Assembly (NCBI GenBank): GCA_964507625.1
Contig: CAZDPR010000001.1
Coordinates: 81,499-145,498 of the forward strand
Source of the DNA: an uncultured Candidatus Saccharibacteria bacterium
GTDB taxonomy: Bacteria; Patescibacteriota; Minisyncoccia; Phycocordibacterales; UBA1006
Direction of reading: 5' to 3'
DNA: 64,000 bases
The notes beneath the pieces were generated by a model. The model was not told the origin of the DNA. It worked only from the letters and a program-made list of their open reading frames with translations, and searched no databases. How positions within the stretch are numbered: position 1 is the stretch's first letter; the number at the start of each line of letters is the position of its first letter. Below, one piece after another: positions 25,067-34,061 of the stretch. A program made the translations under genes and the position numbers.

Positions 25067-25846
25067 ATGAAGTATCATCAGAAAAAAATTCTTATTGGAA
25101 ATTGGAAAATGAATCCAGTTGATGGAAAAACTGCGAATCAATTGTTTAAAAAAATTCAAACTACAGCTCTCAAAAATAAAAAACATGTAGAAACGGTAAT
25201 TTGTCCTCCATCAGTATATTTACAATCTTTGTATGAACTGATTACTGATCGTGCATGTGTATTAGGTGCACAGGATTGTTTTTATGAAACAAGCGGTTCG
25301 TTTACGGGTGAAATTTCTCCTGAAATGATTTTTAATGCAAAAGCGCGTTATGTTATCGTAGGGCATTCAGAGCGTCGTGCTTTAGGTGAAACAAATGAAA
25401 TAATTCACAAAAAAGTGGCAAAAATTTTACAGTACCCATTATCAGTAATTATCTGCGTCGGTGAAACAGAACGATTTGAAAATGGTGCACATATTAAGGA
25501 AATAAAAAAACAAATTACATCAGCATTAGTAGGTGTACCAGAAAACTTTCTCGATCGAGTGATTATTGCCTATGAGCCAGTATGGGCAATTGGCGTAAAT
25601 GCAAAACGAAGTGCAACTCCAGAAGAATGTTTTGAAATGATTACTAGTATTCGTGGAATAGTCAGTGATTTATATCAGAGCACTGCAGTAGGTCATGGAA
25701 TCACAGTGGTGTATGGAGGGTCAACTAATACTGAAAATACAAAAGCATTTCTCACAACGGGTGCAGCCGATGGTTTATTAATTGGTCGATCGAGTTTGGA
25801 TCCACAAGTTTTTTCAGATATGATCCGTATTGCAGCACAATCATAA
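25067..25846 (+). CDS. tpiA: Triosephosphate isomerase
   Basis: VIVGHSERR and AYEPVWAIG motifs. Confidence 0.85.
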   Translation: MKYHQKKILIGNWKMNPVDGKTANQLFKKIQTTALKNKKHVETVICPPSVYLQSLYELITDRACVLGAQDCFYETSGSFTGEISPEMIFNAKARYVIVGHSERRALGETNEIIHKKVAKILQYPLSVIICVGETERFENGAHIKEIKKQITSALVGVPENFLDRVIIAYEPVWAIGVNAKRSATPEECFEMITSIRGIVSDLYQSTAVGHGITVVYGGSTNTENTKAFLTTGAADGLLIGRSSLDPQVFSDMIRIAAQS

Positions 25847-25849
25847 TAT

Positions 25850-26977
25850 ATGAATTTTCTTTCTCAAAATAATTTACATGATTTTACTGGAAAACGAGTA
25901 ATTGTTCGTGTTGATTTTAATGTACCTATTCACGATGGAGTTGTTTCACCTGAAGAATCTTATCGTATTGCATCAGCAGCAAAAACAATTGAATGGTTAC
26001 AAAATGCTGACGCAAAAATAATTCTTTTGAGTCACATCGGAAGAAAAGGAGATACGCTTCGTCCTGTTGCTGATTATATTCACCGCTATTTCCCACAGTG
26101 GAATATGGAATTTATTCCGGCAATTGGAGGAAGTGAAGTATCTCAAAAAATAGAAAGTTTAGAAAATGGTGCATGTTTATTACTCGAAAATGTGAGATCG
26201 CATGCAGGTGAAGAATTAAATGATCTTGATTTTGCAGGACAATTGGCATCGTTTGGTGATTTTTATGTAAACGATGCATTCGGTGCCAGTCATCGAAATC
26301 ATGCCAGTATTGTTGGTATTCCAAAATTTCTCCCGAGTTTCGCTGGATTTTTGATTGAATCAGAACTCCACCAGTTACAACACGCGCTCCATCCTATTAA
26401 ACCTGCAATTCTTATTATGGGTGGAATAAAATTTGAAACAAAACTTCCATTAATTGAAAAATTTCTCCCTAAATATCAAAAGGTATTATTAGGAGGTGGA
26501 TTATTAAATACTTTTTTACATCAATCAGGTTATACGATTGGTAAATCGGTATATGATACAACTGCAAACTTGACATCAATTATCAATGATCGAAAAATTA
26601 TTATTCCTGATCAGGTGGTTGTCGAGCGAAATGAAAATTTAGTAATAACAATACCCGTACAGGAAGTACAAGAAAATGATGTTATTGTTGATATTATTAT
26701 TGATCATGATACTCATGAATATATTGAAAGTGCTCAAACAATTGTTTGGAATGGTCCGTTGGGTTGGTACGAACGTGGATATATTGAAAGTTCTCGAGAT
26801 ATTGCTTTTTCATTGGTGTCAGAAGATCAGATTTCACTTGTTGGTGGTGGTGATACGGTAACACTTTTAAAACAAGAAAAAATTGACGATCGGATTACTT
26901 TTCTATCTACTGGAGGAGGCGCAATGCTTGAATATTTGGAACAGGGGACATTACCAGGATTAGAAGTACTCAAATAA
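25850..26977 (+). CDS. pgk: Phosphoglycerate kinase
   Basis: N-terminal RVDFNVP motif and full-length colinearity. Confidence 0.85.
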   Translation: MNFLSQNNLHDFTGKRVIVRVDFNVPIHDGVVSPEESYRIASAAKTIEWLQNADAKIILLSHIGRKGDTLRPVADYIHRYFPQWNMEFIPAIGGSEVSQKIESLENGACLLLENVRSHAGEELNDLDFAGQLASFGDFYVNDAFGASHRNHASIVGIPKFLPSFAGFLIESELHQLQHALHPIKPAILIMGGIKFETKLPLIEKFLPKYQKVLLGGGLLNTFLHQSGYTIGKSVYDTTANLTSIINDRKIIIPDQVVVERNENLVITIPVQEVQENDVIVDIIIDHDTHEYIESAQTIVWNGPLGWYERGYIESSRDIAFSLVSEDQISLVGGGDTVTLLKQEKIDDRITFLSTGGGAMLEYLEQGTLPGLEVLK

Positions 26978-26984
26978 AAAAACG

Positions 26985-27392
26985 CTATAATGCGTTTTTT
27001 ATTTTTGCAATATATTCATTTTTTTCTTCAGTATTTTCATAGGGTTCGTGATGTCGCATTTCTGGTGGAACATCATCATGAGATGGGGTGATGTATCGGG
27101 GAATGAGGTGAATATGGAAATGAGGAACATCTTTGCCGATAACGCCAACCTGTACGTAATCACATTGAATACCTGATCGTATAGCAGTCATGAGTTTTTT
27201 TGCAACAATAAACATATGACCCACTGTTTCATCGGGTGCATCAATCATCCATGGGTGGGGTTGTTTGGAAACGAGGAGAGTATGCCCTTTGGTGACTGGG
27301 GAAATGTCTAAAAATGCTATACAAGTAGCATCTTCATACACAATGTCCGCAGGAATTTCTCGATCGATAATTTTTTCAAAAATGGTTTTCAT
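26985..27392 (-). CDS. HIT-family (histidine triad) nucleotide hydrolase
   Basis: HFHIHLIP histidine triad. Confidence 0.8.
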   Translation of the reverse strand: MKTIFEKIIDREIPADIVYEDATCIAFLDISPVTKGHTLLVSKQPHPWMIDAPDETVGHMFIVAKKLMTAIRSGIQCDYVQVGVIGKDVPHFHIHLIPRYITPSHDDVPPEMRHHEPYENTEEKNEYIAKIKNAL

Positions 27393-27484
27393 ATAATAAT
27401 GATTATAGCATAAAATTCATCTAACTTATGAAATACTTGACAAATATAAATAATAATGCTATTATTATTTCAAATTATTAAATA

Positions 27485-27988
27485 ATGAAAAAATTTATCT
27501 TCGCTGTAATGCTGGGAGTAGCGACCCTTTTATCTTTTACATCCTGCGAAAAGGATAAATTAGAACCAGAATCATTACCTGAACTCCAGGTGTTGCGTCA
27601 GTACTCGAGCTTGAGTACGAATGGGTTCGTACGGTTTTATTACGAAATTCGGATTCTCTCAGAATCAGGATTTGTTTTGCCAATTGAGTTCAATTTGGAT
27701 CAGGTATCGGTAAAAACAAGCAAGCCAACCACCGATTCAATTTTTAAACAGATTTATCTCCTAGAAATTACTGACGGCGTTAGAATGATGATGCCAGAAA
27801 AACAGGGATATTATCATATTCTCCCTGGAAAAGAGTATCGAATGCAGGTCCTTGTTGATGCACCGGTGATTTCTGCCTCTTTATATGAGGTTTCGGTAGG
27901 AGATTTCGTTTTTAAAAGAGATCTTTTCAAAATCTCTGAATCACTAAAATATCCCGGAGATATGAAAGTAACCTTCTTTCATCCGTAA
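27485..27988 (+). CDS. Hypothetical lipoprotein
   Basis: Signal peptide with lipobox-like LLSFTSC. Confidence 0.4.
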   Translation: MKKFIFAVMLGVATLLSFTSCEKDKLEPESLPELQVLRQYSSLSTNGFVRFYYEIRILSESGFVLPIEFNLDQVSVKTSKPTTDSIFKQIYLLEITDGVRMMMPEKQGYYHILPGKEYRMQVLVDAPVISASLYEVSVGDFVFKRDLFKISESLKYPGDMKVTFFHP

Positions 27989-28051
27989 AAAATATCAGCC
28001 CCGTAAGGCTGATTTTTTGTTACCTATTAATCTGTGCTATAGTACCAAGAT

Positions 28052-29857
28052 ATGAATTATGATGAGCTGATTGATTATTTATTGAAAAAACGTGGTTATG
28101 AAACACCAGAATCACAACACCAGTTTCTCAATCCAGATTATGAAAAACATACCTATGACCCATTTCTTATGTCAGATATGGAAATTGCAGTAGGGAGAAT
28201 TTTACAAGCAATACAAAATGATGAAAAAATTTGCGTATACAGTGATTATGACGCAGACGGAATTCCTGGCGCAACAGTAATGCATGATTTTTTTAAAAAG
28301 ATTGGGTATATTCACAATGTTTCTTTTTATATTCCTCATCGTCATAATGAGGGGTACGGACTCCATTTGGATGCAATTGAAAAAATAACACAAGGTGGTG
28401 CCACCCTACTCATTACCGTTGACTTAGGTATTACTGCAGTTGCTGAGGTTGATTTTGCAAATTCTCTAGGGATGCAAGTAATTATTACAGATCATCACGA
28501 ACCATTGGATGTATTACCGAACGCAGTTGCAATTGTGAATCCAAAAGTTCCTATTGCTGTCATGTCGGGCTTGATCCGGCATCCAAAATTAAATTCTGAT
28601 ACCCTAGATTCCGGATCGGAGTCCGGAATGACAATACAAAATTCAAAATTAAAGCATTACCCTGATACGATGCTTTGTGGGTGTGCTACAGCGTTTAAAT
28701 TAGTACAAGGAATACTTACAGTGATTCGAGGTGAAAAAAAATTAGCACATACTGGACTTGATTTTGAAAAAATTGCACAGAAAATTTCTGTTCCTATGAT
28801 CGGCTGGGAAAAGTGGTTGTTGGATATGGTAGGTATTGCAACATTGTCTGACATGGTTCCATTAGTAAATGAAAATCGCGTTTTTGCAACCTACGGATTA
28901 AAAGTGCTCCAAAAAACCAAACGACCAGGATTATTGGCTTTGTTTGAAATTATGCGTATTCGTCAGCAGTATCTTACCTCCGATGATGTTGTATTTTCAA
29001 TAACACCACGATTAAATGCAGCATCACGTATGGCACATCCAGAAGTTGCTTTTCAGTTATTGATTACCGACGATTGGTATCGTGCCAAAGAAATCGCGGG
29101 AGAACTTTCTCGACTCAACGATGAACGAAAATTAGAAGTTGCTCGTGCTATGAGAGAAGTGCATAAAAAAATGTCAGCACGAGAATCATTACCAAAAATT
29201 ATTGTAACTGGAGACCCGTCATGGAGTCCGGGAATCCTGGGATTAATTGCGTCAAAAGTAGTAGAGGAATATGATCGAACAGTGTTTGTATGGGGCGCAG
29301 AGGGTGATATGGTAAAAGGATCGTGCCGTGCCCGTAACGGTGATCATGTGGTTGATCTAATGACCGCAATTGCGGATCAGTTTACTCATTATGGTGGACA
29401 TGAGGGCGCAGGTGGTTTTTCCATGGAAAAAGAAAAGGTGCATTTTTTAGAGGAAAAATTAAATGCAGTTGCAGGTGAATTTATTCATAGTGATAATTCT
29501 GATCAAGAAACCGAATACGATATTAAACTCTATCCAGAACAGGTAACGCGAGATCTCCATACTAAACTCCAATGTTTGGCACCTTTTGGATTAGGGAATA
29601 GGGCGCCAGTGATTTATGTAGAAAACATTATTCCTGAAAAAGTTCAATCATTTGGAAAGGCAAAAGAACATCTAGAAATCATTCTATCATCAGGAACACA
29701 ACCACTGCGTGCGATTCAGTTTTTTACCAAGCCAGAAACCTATAGAATCAATAGTGAAGAAGTTTCAAAAATTTCACTATTTGGGAACTTGGAATATTCG
29801 TTTTTTATGGGGAAAGGGGAATTGCGATTGCGGATTGTGCATATTAATAAACAATAA
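28052..29857 (+). CDS. recJ: Single-stranded-DNA-specific exonuclease RecJ (DHH/DHHA1)
   Basis: DYDADGI (motif I) and ITDHHEP (DHH motif). Confidence 0.8.
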   Translation: MNYDELIDYLLKKRGYETPESQHQFLNPDYEKHTYDPFLMSDMEIAVGRILQAIQNDEKICVYSDYDADGIPGATVMHDFFKKIGYIHNVSFYIPHRHNEGYGLHLDAIEKITQGGATLLITVDLGITAVAEVDFANSLGMQVIITDHHEPLDVLPNAVAIVNPKVPIAVMSGLIRHPKLNSDTLDSGSESGMTIQNSKLKHYPDTMLCGCATAFKLVQGILTVIRGEKKLAHTGLDFEKIAQKISVPMIGWEKWLLDMVGIATLSDMVPLVNENRVFATYGLKVLQKTKRPGLLALFEIMRIRQQYLTSDDVVFSITPRLNAASRMAHPEVAFQLLITDDWYRAKEIAGELSRLNDERKLEVARAMREVHKKMSARESLPKIIVTGDPSWSPGILGLIASKVVEEYDRTVFVWGAEGDMVKGSCRARNGDHVVDLMTAIADQFTHYGGHEGAGGFSMEKEKVHFLEEKLNAVAGEFIHSDNSDQETEYDIKLYPEQVTRDLHTKLQCLAPFGLGNRAPVIYVENIIPEKVQSFGKAKEHLEIILSSGTQPLRAIQFFTKPETYRINSEEVSKISLFGNLEYSFFMGKGELRLRIVHINKQ

Positions 29858-30073
29858 AAAATAAAGCGTGTACAGCGCTTTTTTTTTGTTAAAATTTTCA
29901 GGAGTGATATACTTATAGGGTATGTCAAACGATGTTGTCCAAAAAACGAAAAATACATTACAAGAACTCGGCGCCAAAAAAAGAAGCATTGTTTCTGCTT
30001 ATATCAAGCGATTACAAGATGCAAAATTATCAGATATCCGTAAGTCGCTCGGATTATAATCTCTTTACCTACT

Positions 30074-31552
30074 ATGAGTCTTGAATCTTTAAAAAATCAA
30101 AAATCAGCATTAGAAACCGAAAAAGCTGAAATGGAAATGATGCAGGATACTACAGAGGTTGTTCGGTTAGAAAAAGAAATTAAAAGTATTGAAAAACAAA
30201 TTGCAGAAATTGAAGCTGCTGCAGAATCTGCAAAAGAAATTCCAGAATACCAATTACAACAAATTGAATCACATGGTGGAAATGTCGCAGAAATTTCAGC
30301 AGAATTATCAGCAGTAGATCAAGAGATTGAAAAAACTGCAGAAGAAGGAATTAAAGAAGTTGAAAATACTCAAATAGATGAACTAGAAGAAATTACAAAG
30401 GATTACAAAAAAATAGCCGAAGAAGATTTTAATTTTAATGATATAGATTATACAGATGAAGAAAAAGAAGCATTATATTTTGATACTGAAATTACAATTA
30501 AACTAAAAATTGCCTCTGAATTAGATAAAAAAATAGATTCTATTAGTGAGTTAATAAATAATACAACTTTAGAAGAAGTAAAGAAAGAGTTAAAAAATCA
30601 AAAAGGTGAAATTTTAAAAGAAAGAGATGAAAAATATGATGAAGCACAGCAAATGATGGATGATAGGAGAAAAAGTAATATTCCAGGTTTTAGACAAGAA
30701 GATATATTTAATGCTAAAAACAAATGGCACCGTTATAATGAAAAAATTAATTTTATTCAAATGAATGAAGATATTTTAGAAACCAAAGAAGCTGAAGGAA
30801 TTCAGGAAGTGCAGGTTGAAGATAGTGAGAATATTGAAAATAAAACAGGCAACACAGAAAAAACTGAAGCTGAAAAAACAGACAGTCAAATAGAAACAAT
30901 TGAAAAATCAGGAGAAGTTACTCCCGAGGAATACGCACAAAGTTTTGAGGATCAATTACAATATCTTGCAAAGAAAGAAGATCAAGCAAATCGATGGATA
31001 CAGGAAAGCAATAGACAATATAAAGAAACTCAGGAAGAATATAAAAAATTTCAAGAGGCAGGTGGAAGTCGTGTAAAACACGAACAGCTATTCTGGACGC
31101 AGGCAAATTTTGATGGCAGACTTAATAGTCTTGTTCGTGATGGAGAGCACGCATCTGAAATGATAAGATCAGTGAAAAAGGCTCGAGAGGATATCGATAA
31201 GTCTATTAAAAATTTTGAGCAAGATAAGAAACAGCTTTTGATTGAAATTAGTAACACTGAGCAAGAGATCAGTGCTATTGAAGCAAATATTAAAAAAAGT
31301 GAGGAAGAAATTGAAAATGCTAGAAAGTCTTACAGAGCATGGGAGAGAGGTGGTTATCTTGGTCCAGAACCTGTTGTTAGTCCAAAATCTATAGCAGAAA
31401 AAAACTCTCACCTTGTATATGATTTACAAAAAGCAAAACAACAACTTAACTCCCTACAGGATAACTACAATTATAAGTATGTTCATGGGTCAAGGAATGA
31501 TGAGAAATATAGAAATAGTGTTTACAATGCATTTCTCGATAAACATAGATAA
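30074..31552 (+). CDS. Hypothetical acidic coiled-coil protein
   Basis: E/K-rich heptad-like sequence throughout. Confidence 0.4.
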   Translation: MSLESLKNQKSALETEKAEMEMMQDTTEVVRLEKEIKSIEKQIAEIEAAAESAKEIPEYQLQQIESHGGNVAEISAELSAVDQEIEKTAEEGIKEVENTQIDELEEITKDYKKIAEEDFNFNDIDYTDEEKEALYFDTEITIKLKIASELDKKIDSISELINNTTLEEVKKELKNQKGEILKERDEKYDEAQQMMDDRRKSNIPGFRQEDIFNAKNKWHRYNEKINFIQMNEDILETKEAEGIQEVQVEDSENIENKTGNTEKTEAEKTDSQIETIEKSGEVTPEEYAQSFEDQLQYLAKKEDQANRWIQESNRQYKETQEEYKKFQEAGGSRVKHEQLFWTQANFDGRLNSLVRDGEHASEMIRSVKKAREDIDKSIKNFEQDKKQLLIEISNTEQEISAIEANIKKSEEEIENARKSYRAWERGGYLGPEPVVSPKSIAEKNSHLVYDLQKAKQQLNSLQDNYNYKYVHGSRNDEKYRNSVYNAFLDKHR

Positions 31553-31766
31553 TTTTTTACAAAAAACTCCAAGAGGATTTTTTTGTGCATTTTTTTTGAC
31601 AAAAACTCTCATCTGACAAGAGAACTTCAATCTGCAATTTCTGAAATTGATCAAAAGATTTATGAATTAAAATCAGATCATGAAAGATATTTTCCAGAAA
31701 AACAAAAACCACTAATGTGGTTTTTGTTTTATTTCAGAACAGTATGTTTCATGCTATACTCGTTTC

Positions 31767-32525
31767 ATGATACGAAAATCAGTACAAAAAAACACTCCAG
31801 ATATTATTATTTACACCGACGGGTCTTCCCTCGGGAATCCTGGTCCTGGTGGTTATGGGTGTGTGATTGTGTTTCAAGGGAAAAACAAAGTTATCGAACT
31901 GGGTGAATTTTCGCCAATGACTACTAATAATAAAATGGAACTGACGGCAATTATTAGATCACTCCAGTTGTTACAAAAAGAAAAAGTTTCATCTGATGCA
32001 ACGGTGGTTATTCGTACCGATTCATCCTATGCTATTAATGGAATTACCAAATGGATCCACGGGTGGAAGAAAAAGGATTGGGTAACGAGTACTAAAACTC
32101 CAGTATTGAACAGTGATTTATGGCAGGAACTTGATCAGGTTCGTTCATTATTTACCAATATTACCTATGACCATGTACGGGGACATGTAGGAATTTTTGG
32201 GAACGAACGGTGTGATACCATTGCAACCAGTTTTGCAAAAGGTGAGAACGTGCAATTATATAATGGAAATTTGAATGATTATGATCCGCGTATTTTAGAT
32301 TCAGGAAAAAGTGTTTCATCGAGCGAGAAAAAACAAAAATCAGTTTCATCAAAAAAATCTGGGAAAGCATATAGTTATGTATCATTAGTGGGTGGTGTAA
32401 TAGAAACGCATACCAATTGGGAAGAGTGTAACCGTCGGGTAACCGGAAAAAAGGCAAAATTTAAAAAAGTGTTTTCAGAAAAAGAAGAACAAGAGCTTAT
32501 CGCAGAATGGAACCGCTTACCATAA
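31767..32525 (+). CDS. rnhA: Ribonuclease HI with a Lys-rich C-terminal extension
   Basis: IYTDGSSLGNPGPGGYG, MELTA and TDSSY motifs. Confidence 0.75.
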   Translation: MIRKSVQKNTPDIIIYTDGSSLGNPGPGGYGCVIVFQGKNKVIELGEFSPMTTNNKMELTAIIRSLQLLQKEKVSSDATVVIRTDSSYAINGITKWIHGWKKKDWVTSTKTPVLNSDLWQELDQVRSLFTNITYDHVRGHVGIFGNERCDTIATSFAKGENVQLYNGNLNDYDPRILDSGKSVSSSEKKQKSVSSKKSGKAYSYVSLVGGVIETHTNWEECNRRVTGKKAKFKKVFSEKEEQELIAEWNRLP

Positions 32526-34027
32526 GCGGTTTTTTGTTTTACACTATTTCTATGCACATGGGAATTTTTTCCGGGGGAATGACTGGATTTTTCTCTGGAA
32601 TCATACTGGGAATGTTTTTTGTGTTTCCAGATATAATACATGAATGGAAATTAATTGGAATAGGAATAGTAATTGCAAGTTTTTTTATCATGCGAATAAC
32701 TCGCTATCAATTACTCATTCCAATAATTATTTCAATAATTATTGGTTTAGTTATTGGATTTTGGAGAACACATCAATTTCATGTACAGTACCCATTTGAA
32801 ACATTTACCGATTATCACAAAAGTAGTATTACGGTTGTAGGGGAAATTTATAAACCTCCAGATATAACTCCTAACCGACAAACTCTTTTAGTGATCCCAA
32901 TGAGTATTAACGAAAAACCAATACGAACAAAAATGATAATTACAGTTCGTGCAACTCCAATGCAGGCGTATCAGTCAGGAGATATTGTTCGCGTACGGGG
33001 ACAGTTTACATTACGTTCAGATTTTATGTCTGAAACAGGGAGACTGGTTCCCTACCGAATGATGAGTTATAGTAAAAAAATTTTAGGGGATATAAGTTTT
33101 CCTACATCGATTCGCTTGATAGGACATGATGCAAATATCTATACTTGGTTAAGTTCTGTAAAAAATATGTTTACCCAATCGCTCCACAGCATATTTACAC
33201 TTCCTGGCTCAGGGTTATTATCAGGGATGATGTTGGGAGATACTTCTGCCCTCGATAATTCAATTTTGGAAACATTTCGTATGGTGGGACTGATTCATAT
33301 TGTAGTATTGTCGGGTTATAACATCACCCTCATTACCAATGCGTTTGTAAAAATATTTGCATTTCGGGGATATTTTGGACGGATTCAATTCGCATTACTA
33401 TCATTAGTTTTATTTATTGGTATTGTTGGCATTTCTGCGACTGCATTGCGAGCAGGAATTATGGCGGCGTGTGTATTTTTAGCTCGGTATTTTATTCGAC
33501 CATCGATTACTACACGGATACTTTTAGTTACTTTGGCAGTAATGGTATTTTTATCACCATACGCACTATTATTTGACTTATCACTCCAGTTATCTTTTTT
33601 AGCGACAATCGGGATTATATATTTGTTTCCTTATGCACAGGAGAAATTTCCACGATTTTCTGAAGGTACATTTTCAGAAATTATATTACAAACTATCACA
33701 GTAAATATTTTAGTCCTGCCGTTGATTTTATATCAAATTGGAACGATTTCACCTATATTTTTACCAGTGAATGTGCTTGTCCTTGGTTTTATTCCTTTAC
33801 TTACTATTGGAGGTTTTATAGTAACTTTTTTAGGTATTTTCGCACCATCTCTTGCCATGATAGGTGCATATCCAATTCAAATACTTACCGACGGGATTAT
33901 TCGTTTTGCAGACTGGACGGCTCGTCACGATCCATTTTTTACTACTATCCCTCAATTTTCATTTATTTTTTTAATTGGCATATATGTGGTGATTTTTGGA
34001 TATATCATTTTTATCCAAAGAAAATAA
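32507..34027 (+). CDS. comEC: ComEC/Rec2-family DNA internalisation channel protein
   Basis: Polytopic membrane protein with the conserved competence-domain block LSGMMLGDTSALDNSILETFRMVGLIHIVVLSGYNITLI. Confidence 0.65.
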   Translation: MEPLTISGFLFYTISMHMGIFSGGMTGFFSGIILGMFFVFPDIIHEWKLIGIGIVIASFFIMRITRYQLLIPIIISIIIGLVIGFWRTHQFHVQYPFETFTDYHKSSITVVGEIYKPPDITPNRQTLLVIPMSINEKPIRTKMIITVRATPMQAYQSGDIVRVRGQFTLRSDFMSETGRLVPYRMMSYSKKILGDISFPTSIRLIGHDANIYTWLSSVKNMFTQSLHSIFTLPGSGLLSGMMLGDTSALDNSILETFRMVGLIHIVVLSGYNITLITNAFVKIFAFRGYFGRIQFALLSLVLFIGIVGISATALRAGIMAACVFLARYFIRPSITTRILLVTLAVMVFLSPYALLFDLSLQLSFLATIGIIYLFPYAQEKFPRFSEGTFSEIILQTITVNILVLPLILYQIGTISPIFLPVNVLVLGFIPLLTIGGFIVTFLGIFAPSLAMIGAYPIQILTDGIIRFADWTARHDPFFTTIPQFSFIFLIGIYVVIFGYIIFIQRK

Positions 34028-34061
34028 GTATATTATTTTTTTTGTGGTATACTATAGCCAT